Positions 1 to 11,300 of a DNA stretch of 64,000 nucleotides are shown here, one piece after another; position 1 is the first letter of the stretch, and the number at the start of each line of letters is the position of its first letter. Source of the DNA: Eutreptiella sp. 'Long Island Sound 2002' (taxonomy: Eukaryota > Protista > Euglenida); assembly GCA_964036045.1 (NCBI GenBank), contig OZ038378.1:22630001-22694000 (forward strand), read 5' to 3'. A program made the position numbers and the translations under genes. A model generated the notes under the pieces. The model worked only from the letters and a program-made list of their open reading frames with translations. It was not told the origin of the DNA and did no database searches.

Positions 1-810
1 TCGGGCCCATGTAGCCCCCCCCCCACAGCTCCAAAATGACTATTGTTTAGGCCATTTAGTGGCACCTACAAATTTTCGAAAAATCAACTCTTTCTGAACC
101 CCTCTATCGCCTCACCTCTAAGATGGATTTGGTGGTCATTTGGTGACGATACGGGGATTGGAGCCCCCATGGGGAACCACTCAGGGGCCGCTAGGCCCAT
201 GAAGCTCAGACCATGTGTCCCTTGAAAGCCCCAAAATTGCAGTTGCTTGGGCCATATAGTGGCATCTTCAAAATTTTGAACATTCGACTTTTTCCCTTCG
301 GTTGCCCCTAAGACGGGTTTGGGTGATCATTTGGTGACAATCCAAAGGTCCTAAACACCCATGGGGTCCCACATAGTGGCCGGTGTGCCAATGTAGCCCG
401 GGCCTAGAAGCCGCAAAATTGCTGGGCCATGGCCCCCCGGAAGCCGCAAATTTGCTGCTGTTTACGTTTCGCGGCACCTGCAAATTTTTGAATACTCAAT
501 TTTTCTTAAACCCCTCTATTAGCCCTAGGATGGGTTTGGGTGGTTATTTGGTGACAATATGGGCACTCGAGCAACCATGGGGACCCACGTAGTGGCCGCT
601 AGGCCCCGGCCACAGGTCCCCCGCGGGCCATGAAATTACTTTTATTTCCAATGTTCCCGTTGTGTCATCTTCAAAATTTGGAAATTCGACTTTTGCGGAA
701 CCCTTTGGTTCCTCCTGGGATGGGTTTGGGTGGTCATCTAGTGACAATATGGGGACTCAAATGTAATGGTAGGCCATGTAGTCTAGGCCATGGGCCCCCC
801 TCAACCCATC
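1..810. repeat. Four degenerate tandem copies of a ~190-217 bp unit
   Basis: Marker T(G/A)GTGAC with its flanks recurs at 141, 332, 549 and 739. Confidence 0.85.
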
Positions 811-889
811 AACCCCCCACCCGTGCCTATTAGTTAGTCGTCTCTCTGTGAGGTGCCTTGCCAAAGGTAATGGAATTACTCGCAATACT

Positions 890-1199
890 AGCCGCCTGCT
901 GCGCCACGGACAGCCCCTACGGCTGCCCAATTTGAGGAGCGTATGAGGCACATCTTCCACCGCATCTCCTCCATGCTACGCACGCGACCTACAGCGCATG
1001 CAAAGAGCCATGGGTGTGTCCCATGCTGCAGCCGCCCACCTTGCACCTCCTGCAGCGCCTCGCGGTCGTGGCGGCCCTCGGTACAGCCCTCGCCCCCTTA
1101 GCTTGTTGATGATGTCCTTTAGTGACTTGATCTATCGCCGGAGCAACGTGATCACGGCCTGATCCGCGGTGGGAGTGTGTGTGTGTGTGGGTGTGTGTG

Positions 1200-1231
<32 letters not shown>

Positions 1232-1327
1232 TGCGTGCCGCCCCCACGTTCGCTGGCGCCGCAAGGCTGGGCGGCCCTCGTGCAGCAACAAGCAGGCGGT
1301 GCGCACCACACGGGGACCGCGGGCACC
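890..1327 (-). pseudogene. Three-exon pseudogene fragment of a coiled-coil-like protein
   Basis: GT-AG-linked segments 1327-1248, 1158-1047 and 988-~890; the middle one reads AVITLLRR*IKSLKDIINKLRG then needs a 1 bp shift in a G run to give EGCTEGRHDREALQE. Confidence 0.5.
1173..1237. repeat. (GT)n/(GCGT)n compound microsatellite
   Basis: Direct reading. Confidence 0.95.
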
Positions 1328-1407
1328 CTGTCGCCGCATGCAAAGCGATGAACAGAGATAGGGTAGCCTCACCACGTGTAGGTACACAACAAGAGACTTA
1401 AACAATA

Positions 1408-1560
1408 GCAATTTTGGGCTTTCAGGGGGCCCATGGCCCGCGCTACATGGACCTAGCGGCCACTAAGTGGGTCCCCATGGGTGCTTGAGTGCCCGTATTA
1501 TCACCAAATGACCACCCAAACCCATCCCAAGGGTGACCGAAGGCTTTTTGCAATTTTTTT
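1408..1560 (-). repeat. Inverted copy of the ~200 bp unit (foldback arm)
   Basis: 1441-1530 reverse-complements the unit at ~530-610; 1408-1424 matches 223-240. Confidence 0.8.
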
Positions 1561-1624
1561 TCGAAAAATTGCGGGTGTCACTCAACATAAACAAGCCTAA
1601 ATAAGAGCACTTTTGGGTACAACT

Positions 1625-1680
1625 CCTTTTATCGTCCATACACCTAAGTATACCTTTTATCGTCCATACACCTAAGTATA
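1625..1680. repeat. Exact 28 bp tandem duplication
   Basis: CCTTTTATCGTCCATACACCTAAGTATA x2. Confidence 0.95.
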
Positions 1681-3509
1681 GAGGTTTTCCGATTGTTTTT
1701 AAAATCACACGACCCTACAAAAAAGAAAATTCCTCGCACCAAAGATTTTTTTCGTACACGAGTTACATTTTTCACCACCACCCCGCAGGCCTTAAGGACC
1801 CAAAGAGGCAACCATGATCCACCCAGCGTGCGTGGTAGCATGTGGCTAGGAGCCTAGCTTGGAGGTGGCCCACGGCACATAGTGGAAAGTTTTGTATATC
1901 AACAACTACCCCCCCCCCCTTTGTAATGCCCCACCCCTTGCAATCCCCCCCCCTTCCAGGGGAGGGGACGTCACTTTGACATTTCTTCTAGAAACCATTG
2001 GTCGTATTGTGCTCCCCAAAAGGGCTGGAAACCGAGCTACATAGCCTACGTTGTCTTCCAATCCCCAGCCTATACCTGACCTGCCCATTGAGCATGTCCA
2101 GGAGTTCAAGGTTGCTTGGAGTCGTAAAAAGAAGTTTCACGCGGTGCTTGTGGAAAGGGCACGCACACAAAGGTTACATCATGTTTCAAGGTGAATCACA
2201 ATACCGGTGTTGTGCATGCGCAGCTACAATTTTGAGGTGGTATGTTTTGTTGGTGCTATTTCCCCCCTTAAGGGGGGGGGGGGCGAACCAGCACTTCGTG
2301 ACCCCCCCCCCCCGGGCGGGAACCGGCACAACAATGGGGGGGGGGCATTACACGGGGGCATAAGGTACTCATTCCATATATGTGCGCTCCCTTGGTTCCA
2401 CACTCAGGAGTGTGTATACACAAAGGGCTGCATCACCTGTTGTCAGTTCTGTCTAGTGATATGCTTTCTCAAGCACATCCTTCATCGTCACTAATTTGAT
2501 TTGTTGTAGCTGTGTATTGTGGTGCAAAATTTCAGGCTTCTTTGGGACACATAGTTGTTCAAATAAAATGGGGCGGTCATCTCAAAAAATCCTCAACCTG
2601 AAGGAATGCCGGTGGGACCCGCAAACGATGAAGCAACCCAATTTCCCTCAAGTTAATGGCTCTGGTACTCCGCGTGCTTTCCGTAACTTGGAATCTACTG
2701 GGCAGGGTCGTGTTCCGCTTGGCTTTGAATGTGATCCTCCTTTGTGGGTGCAAAATTGGTTTTTTTTTCATCTTTTATAAAAGTTCCTGCTACAACCGCG
2801 GCACAATTTAGGGTTGTCCTCCAGACCACATATAAAAACATCTCCCCATCTACCACTGCCGAGCCACGGATGCATTGCTGCCCTTCAGCAGTGGGGACTA
2901 TGAGTGCAACCTCCCAATCAAATGCGTGCCTTTGAGTCGAGTCCTTTCGGATCCAACCAAGTGCGGCACTCTCCACCGCGCATTGTTTTACCACCCGCAC
3001 CACCTGTACCAGAAGTGAATACAGCTTCTAGCAGGTCATGTGCTCTAGCTGCCCGTACATGTTGACAATGTTATAGCGAGAATGTGCGGCTCCGATTGCA
3101 CAGTTGGAGGTAAACACGCTGGTTTTGCCGCCACCATGCCGACAATGGATGTTTTGAAAATCTCCGTCTTCTTGAACACGTATTTCTTTGAGCCTCGGTA
3201 TACGGCACCGTTGAACCTCTGCCGCACTTATTGTGGACGGAGTTATCAAGGCGGCGCGACGGCGCCACACCCTCTTCCCGGCCGGGTCATGACGTGGGGG
3301 AGAGATAACAAGATTTGTGTGTGGACAAGCTCAGAGAGTGGAGATATCGATCGTTTCCCACCACTCTGCAAGTAGCACACGTACAGCCTACTACAATAAA
3401 GCAAGTGAGCTCTGCGAAAGAGCCAAACGTTTCTAAGAGGAAACAACAACAAGCTGCGGTTTAGGTTGCCCAACTCCACCTTCTTATGGAGGACAATTTT
3501 GTACCCAAA

Positions 3510-3918
3510 TACACAGATGGCTTGTCTAACACCTCAAGGCGAGGAGTCGTCGCGGGTTTTGGTGTAAACTAAAAGACCTGGGAGCTACGTGATTATGTGC
3601 CCATTTATGAGCCTCAAATAGACAAACGTGCAGAAGTCTAAGCGCATTTGCAAGCCATACTGTTGGCTAGAGGAAAAGTGGGCATTGTAATGGATTCCAA
3701 ATACATTTCCAAAGGTTTCACAGGTCGCATGCATCAGTGGAATGAATCACACTGGGTGTTGCGGTCTGGAGTGGTAGCGCATGCGGATCTTTGGAAGGAT
3801 GTGCTGCAGGTGTGGCATTGTTCACAAGACACTATCAAGTGGCTTTGGGCACCCTCCCATGTTGGGATAGAGGGCAATGACTGAGCCGACTTTTTGGCTG
3901 ATTTAGGCAGAGAGAGAT
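3510..3918 (+). pseudogene. RNase H1-type domain relic, probably from a retroelement
   Basis: One frame with internal stops: YTDG...RAEV*A..QA...MDSKY...HADLWK...WLWAPSHVGIEGND*ADFLA. Confidence 0.8.
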
Positions 3919-5026
3919 CACCTCTCCTCAAAGCTTTGAACGGCAACACAGTGACTACTCCAATAGCACCATTTAGCCACACTCTCACGCCACTGTGCCC
4001 AGTTGATCGCACTGTCACTATGCATGTCAATTTTACGTCAATGGCGCCCAACCTCACCACTGTCCTACATGGTTAGCTCCCAGCTATGTAAGATGGTGAT
4101 TGATGGGGAACTCGACCCAAGCAGAGCACTGACCTACTCCAATGAGGAGGAGTCCTCTAACCGAGGGGCGAGCACAGGAGATGAGGAGTGTTTTGATGGG
4201 GGGGGGGGGGGCAAGCATGCATTCCAGTGATTCTATGACCACACAGGGTTCGGATGCGGAGTATAAGTTTTTCGACTTTTACATTTAAGAAACATCACCG
4301 TACAAAAAAAAAGCAAGGTTTGCTTTCACGATTTCAGAGGATCCAGAGAACTCACAAACAACACAGGATACAAGCCAGAGTACCTGGACAGATAACTGGG
4401 AGATGGGTCACAGCGGGACCAGGTCCAGCCCCCAACCCCCATCTGGGTGTAGGGATCTGGGTTCTTGCGGCCCCGCTTCCAGACAGAGAACGGCGAGTGA
4501 ATTCGTATGAGTACTGACCCGCGGGCCCATGTTGGTGCCCATCCTTAGTATGGTACTGGTGAGGCTGTCCAGGGGGCAGCTGTGGCCCAAGCGAGGGGTG
4601 TTGGCAGGGCCCACCAGGCGGTGGCGGGCGGAGGCCAAGAGTCAGGCAAGGGCACTTTTTTGTCATTGAGCTTTTACCGGGGGCGTCCGACGAGTACACT
4701 TAGTGTTTCTCTGTCGGTCCCTCTGTTGCAACGTGCCTACTGGTGCTAGCCAAGAGGGTCAAGGCGGGGTCAAACCCTTCCTTTGCCCTGCAACTAGTCC
4801 CCAGGCGCACCAGCATCCTGGACCCTAAAAGTACAGTGCCCTCTTTAATATGGTCCGTAGCAGGAGTGCCTCCAGCGGGAGAGCTCAAGAGGGCACAGCT
4901 GTGCTACCCCTGAGCACGGAAGGCCCATGCCCTCCTTAATAGGGTATTCCCCCGCTTGCATGCCACCTCCATACACACGAGCACTGCAGTGCCGAAGGTT
5001 GCCCAACGGTGCTTTCTGGACATCAG

Positions 5027-5364
5027 GATCTGAGGAGGGCAAAGGCGGTTGCAGAGAAGGAGCTAGCCGAGCTCCGTGCCGCACAAGAGCGTGCGGGGGC
5101 TGAGAAGAGCGATTTCGACTCCGCCAAGGCCGCAATGGAGAAGGAGCGGCAGGAGTATTTGGAGGCAGTGGAGAAGGCCAAGGCGCTGGGCACTGATGAG
5201 GCAAAGCGGCAGGCGGAGGCCGAGCGACAGCAGTACGAGGCGGCCGTGGCAAAGACCGAGAAAGAGAAGGCAGAGTGGCTGGCGGCGCAGCGGGACGTTG
5301 CGAAGGAGAATGAGGATTTGAAGAAGGCGCGTGCGGCGGTGGAGAAGGAATGGGATGAGGCTCG
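5027..5364 (+). CDS. Exon, E/K/A-rich coiled-coil (DLRRAKAVAEKELAELR...EKEWDEAR)
   Basis: CAG acceptor at 5024-5026, GT donor at 5365, strong coding bias and heptad-like charge pattern; ends in phase 2 (CG). Confidence 0.85.
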
Positions 5365-8300
5365 GTGTGCCCGCCACTGCGCGTGTCAGTTGGGGTGGGC
5401 GCACGCGAGGCTCTACAGCAAAGTGTAGGACGGCGGTCTTTGCGCTGTTCTGGGGTGTTCTCCACGCGTTGTTGTGGGTGGCACGGTTTGCATCGGATTG
5501 GAGTGTTCCCATTTGTGTCTTTTTGAGTCGCATGCGTTATGTTTCTTGTCCCCATTTTCGCGGATGTGCCCCTGAATTCTGACCCAGCCCCCTGTCATTC
5601 ATGCGGAAGATAAGAGCGGACATGATGAGGGATGGTGGTAGCGTGACTGGGGCGTTTCGCCGTGAAGATGAAGACTGGGCCAACAAAAACAACTGAACCC
5701 CCGCCCCCCACCACCAAATATTTGCTCTGGGGGAAATATCAAATCGAGGTTGGTGGGCTGGCCCAATGGGTGGAAGTGTTGAGGGGGAGGGGGCTCTTCT
5801 TTGTGATCCACAGCCATGCAATGAATATTGACCTCCCTGGTGCGTTGCGCAATGATGATGAGGATCCTGGTTTTGTGTCCTCCTCTGATGACAACTTGTC
5901 AGAACCTGGTCTGACCTGAAAGGCCATTTGTTTTCGAATCAGGTTTCTGTTATGGAACTCTGGTCTAGAGATCCTCAGCACATGTGTGCTGACAATGCTG
6001 ACTAAGTGTGCCGATGGCCAAGAACCCTCTCCAACTGAGTCATGCAATATGTGTCACAAATCAAATCTCCCTTTGAGCATTGCCGCTCTTTGGTTCAATT
6101 ACCAACAGCCATGTGGGGGAGTTGTGTGGATATTTGGTTCACGACAATATGGGGGGATTTCATCAATGTCTTCATCATTTGAGCAACGTGTTGTGCATTG
6201 CCTCTTTGATGCCCTTTTTTAAATTTGGATCTGGTGGGGTTTTAAGCAGGATATCCGATTTCCGAGAACTCCCCCCCCTGCTGCAGCCAATGATTTCCAA
6301 GGACTGGCTGCGCATATGGCCCAACAGTCTGCGCTCCAGCCACTCCCTCTTATTCCAAATGCCCTCAAAGGCGGCCGGTGCAGCACCCGTGTCGGCGACT
6401 GCGTCGTGACATGCAGTGGGGAGGTCCGGCCCTTCCCTCGTGCCCTCCACTGTCCCGACTACAAGTCTGCCTCTCCGGTACGGTCCATGGCAGGGAAAAG
6501 CCCACCACCCACCGCCCGTCCATCACGCGCACAATGTCTTCGGCTGGGCACCCACCGCATGCGGCCACTCCCCGACTGCCATCGGCTCCGTGCTTCCGCT
6601 AATGTGCCGACCGCCAATCGGCCAATGCCTCTCCCTCGATGTCAAAGGACCGCCAACACGACTTGCCATCTGGCGACCACAGGACCTCCCGCATCGTCCA
6701 TGGCTGACTGTCTTTCGCTGTATTCAGGGCCGCCCTGCAGGAGCGGATTGCGCTGTTGGAACGCGAGAATGCGGACCAGAAGATGCAGAAGGCGATGCCA
6801 CCGCCCTCGGTCAGTGCTGAGGAGAAAGAGGAGTTTGAGCGGGCGAAACGAAATTTGGAAACAGAGGTTGATCCGGACTGCTCAGCAGTCATTGCTCATT
6901 GGGCCGAGCGCCCCTCCTGTCCCCCACCCCCCTGCGTTGGGGGCAGAAAGGCCCCCTTCTCGGGATCTAACACCACTTGGGATAAATTGGCACACACTAT
7001 TGAAGGGAATGGGGTTACGGTTGTCAAGTAATCACCCACCGAGCATTGTGAGGGGCCACTGATAATGTGGTCTCTGAAGAACAGTGGGTCCCAGGTTCAA
7101 AAAAAAAAGTGGCAGCTAGGGCAACCCTTGCTCGACGCGCTTCGAGAGTCAGCTGGCAAACCCTCTTTGGCACCCCACTGAGCGTGGGTGCTGTGTTGGC
7201 GTGTCTGTGGTGGGCATGCACCCTGTACACAAACCTCCACATAAGCTCACTGTGCTACACTGTCAGGAGCATCATCTACTTCTTTATCAGGCGGAATGTG
7301 AAGTGGCACGTAGGTCCAACACAGCACCATTTCTGAGTGCGGTCTGGGCAGTGTTTGTCGCAGCACAAAAGCCCGCAAGGTGCACGGAGGGGCCCTGACT
7401 ACTAGGGATACAGAGCCCCCCCCACACACCCCAGGGGCTGCTGGGGCTCTATGCATTATTCAGGGGCTGGTTTTGTGCCAGTGGATCGGATCCTTTGTGG
7501 CTGAGAAATTACGAAGTGGCTCTGGAAGTAGTAGTAGGGCTCTGCTACATCTTACCTAGTCACACTCCTTCTCCAAACCAGTAGAAGGGTTAAATCGCAT
7601 CCTGCACAGGAGGACGTTTACGGGGCAGGCTGGACCCCCCACTCCCTCTCACCCCACCCCACCCACCCCCTCCATACACCCCAATCTATGCCAATGGCCA
7701 ACAAAGGGGAACAACAATGCTGCCAACGCGGCAATATGCGCCTAGTACCAATAGCATGTGCCATCCAATATTTCTCTGCTCTGACCCCATTACAGGACAC
7801 GTTACGTAGCCATTTTGATTCTTCATCAAACTAGCAACCCAAAAGGGCACAGCTTTCATCCCGCACCACATTCGGGACCCAAAGAAGACATGGGGTATGT
7901 AGCCACATTTCAAACCCCAAGAAGGCACAGGTTATGCAGCCATTTTGATTCCTCCCCACATTGGGGACCTGGAGATCGCACAGGTCTTATAGTTGGCACC
8001 TTGAGCGCAATGCAACTTGTAGTAGGTGCACCGCTAGTAAGACATAGTAGTAACATGTTTGTCCACAAAGGTTCCCTGGCTGACCAACATTGGAAGGTGA
8101 TCTTCAGTTTCTTGGTGTCTTACAATGCTCACTAGGTGCCTCCACTGGTACATCAGGCGGGGGAGGGGGGCAGGGCGCAACTACCCGGAGGCGACCCCAT
8201 CATGTCATCCTTTGTAATTTGACATAGACAACCACCCCCACTAATCGGCCCGGGTTACCGCCGATCCCTGCCGATTTTTGCCGTTTGGTGCAAGTTTCGC

Positions 8301-11300
8301 TTTTAGTGCGGTGAAAAATAGTGCCAAAATGAACAGTCATCAATGCAGCCGGTAGCAAATTTGTTATTCCATATCATCTGTGTGTGTATGTATTTGTTCA
8401 CTTGTATCATTTGTATGTATTTGTTCACCCCGTTTAGTTGTTCCGCCTTTATGCAGTGCAACCATGCCATGGCATGGCACCCGGATGTGCACAACGCAAA
8501 TCTACAGGATCAACACAGCAGGTTTCTGTTGTGGACGCTCAGTGAGATACGGTACTGCAGAAGTGGGCCTCCTTGTCTTCAATTTCTGCTCTTTGTGACT
8601 TGTGCATTCAGACTGCCCTCCCCAGCATGTTCTTCATGTCCGTGCAGGCTGCCACACCACCAAAGAGCCACGGTCAGCGGCTGGGCGCAATCAGTAATGT
8701 GGACCCTACTCAAATGCGGGGAATTGTGTGGACCTGAGTAAACAAGACCCTCAACACACCCTTCCCCCGAGTTATGGTCCCCTTCAATAGTGGGAGCCGA
8801 CCCTGGGCCTCGTTTTTCAGCTGCCTTTTTTGTGCCGATTTGTTGCCGATTAGTGCACAGGTGGTAAGCCTCACCTGAGCGTTTGTTCCTGAAGATTTCC
8901 AAGGGTACTAGGTAAGCAAGAATGGTGCCCAAATAGGCGATGTGTCACAAGTGCAATAGGTCATTCAAGGGAAAAGGAGGACAAGGTTGAAAAAAAGTCA
9001 TGTTCATGGTCATTGTGTACATACAAATGTCATAAAAGTTGCATGGCACTACACTGCACAGCATTACACTGCACCACGCTTGTTGTATCCTTTTTTCTTT
9101 CGTTGTTCCCATCCCCTCTCAGCCTCCTCCTTTGCCTCTTCTCACTTCTCTATGGGCTAGCGGCCTGACCCATTTACTGCCAAAAGCCTCCAAGAAATGA
9201 CAGCAACCCTCCGGATGCCTGTGGAAAGTAACAACAACCCTCATGATGCCTGAAATAATCGCAACCATCTACCCCAGCACATTCAAAATGCTCAGAATGA
9301 ACCGGGGAGACAAAAATGTCCACTAATCCGGGAAAAATTGACCGACCCACCAACCTCCTCCAGAGCCCCCATGGCTTACGCTGCAGGGGTTGGGGTCGGA
9401 ACCAAATGGAAACGCCCCTTATGGCCTCGTGCAATTTGCATGTGGTCTCTCCTTCACAGAGTGATAGTGTCACTAGATCAGTGCACATCGTGGGACATCA
9501 GCAGGAACGCACCATCCTGGGCGCTGGGGTGTCTGCCCACACATCTTATGTGGCAGAGGTCTTCATCCACGAAACGACGGAGAAAACAATCCGGCTCTGC
9601 TGGCAAGCTCGTCAACTCTGTGGTTCAATCCTCTGACCCCCTTTGGTGGGAGAAGGGCCTTTGTTGCAGTCGTCCCGTCTCAGTTGTTCATGTTTGCAAT
9701 GATTTGCCCTGCCAACAATCTCACAGTGGGTACTGCTGCACGAGGCTCAGATGCGGTTTGATGCGGAACGGCAAGCCTACCTGGTTTGGATGTCGGAGAG
9801 AGCTCGTCCCTCGACGGTGGAGTCGATCGGGTCGTTTCCGGAGGACTTTTTGCGGCAACAGGTCACATTAGGTATTTCTCTTTTCAATGGGACAGAGAGA
9901 GGGGGTCTGGGGTCAGAGGAATCTGAAGTATATCCAGGAAAAGGAAAGGGGGTGTTCACTGTGTGGTGTGGCGATTCAGGCTCAGTGAGATTTTTTTTTT
10001 GGTTATGAGTCCTGCGTGGATGTGTTGGCATTGCGGGAGTTTGTGGTAGCCCATGAGGGGGTTTCGGGGGCTAAGTGTATTCCCAGAACCGCAGCTTTTT
10101 CGAACGTTCCTGAAATGGACAGGTCCGGCCGGAAGAAACAAAGCAAAGTGCCACCCCCTTTGAAAAACGTTCGCAACCCAAGTTTGTTCGGAGAAAAAAA
10201 ATGGACGCTTTGTTGGGGCCGTAGATTGCCACCCTGGAAAACACATCAATGGCTGGCACAACATGAAAGAACCCGGCTCCCTTTCCAGGCGTTCCCATGC
10301 CCCGGCTGAGGCGGTGTGGGTGACCGGGAAAAGCATTATCCATGGCCCTCGCTCTCTAAGTGGCGACATTTTGGGCCAAATGCGGGGAATTGTTGCAGGG
10401 CACGAAATATGTGTGTTTTGGGGGAGGGGGGGGCTAAGGCTTTGGGGATGCCTACCACCTACTTCCCATCCAACAATTTAGGCCGATCACATCCGCAAGG
10501 TGTTGCAGTTCCCTCGTGTTTGACACACGGGAAATTAGTCTTTTCTTCCCCACAGTTTGGGATTTGGGCTGAAAACCTTTCGTTGTGTCACTCTGGCGTT
10601 CGTTCCATGTTCCATGCCACAGACCAAGTGTGCCCCCAACACTGCCCCATCAATCTGGGGGCTTTTAAACCAGCCCAAACACCACAACCCGCAGTTGCAA
10701 ACAAGCCCTGCCCTTCCTTGCGAACCATCCACTCCCACACGCCAGCGTGTTTGCAGCCCGCGGCACCCGCGCCAGAACCGATCTCATCGATATTCCTGAG
10801 TAGGCCCTGTTTCATCGTTTCGAATCTTCGTTGCATTGGGCCTGGCCGCATCCTCTTGCACGGACCCGAAACACAGCTTTTGGTTTATTCCTCGGCCCAT
10901 GCCCCATGGCCCTGACTGCCCCAGACACTGTCCACCATCTGTGTTGATGTTTCAACGTTTGGCCACACACACGCCCCGCAGACGGCGACCTGGACTGGGT
11001 TTTATCGTTTTCAGGGGACGTGATCAGCAACAAGTTGGCGTTCCAACAGGCCGACACCAATTCGAACGGGGTGCTGACGTACAATGAGCTGGCACAGTGG
11101 CTGCATCAGCGTGGCATCCACGACTTCACTGACCAGATGGTGAGGTCCATGATTGCCAAAGTGGACCCCCACAACACCGGCAGTGTGTCTATGTGGGCTT
11201 TCATAGGTCCTGCTTGCCTGTTCCTTGGCTCTCAGAAGGCCGGATGCACGCCTTGCTCCACTCAAACCAGTCAGCCCTCGCCGTCGCCCCCGCTTCCACT

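Noticed and set aside
1900-2360. Poly-G/poly-C tracts as G-quadruplex regulatory elements
   Set aside because: Such homopolymers occur throughout the window, mostly in repeats; here they flank a short inverted match (TGTAATGCCCC/GGGGCATTACA) typical of a MITE-like remnant
6316-7062. 248 aa ORF, and similar long ORFs such as 4845-5555 (-), 34995-35939 and 48615-49406
   Set aside because: These are shadow or alternative frames of real exons, or GC-rich repeat sequence; only the exon portions show coding features
9240-10600. Protein-like stretches suggesting a decayed transposon
   Set aside because: No diagnostic motif could be read in any frame
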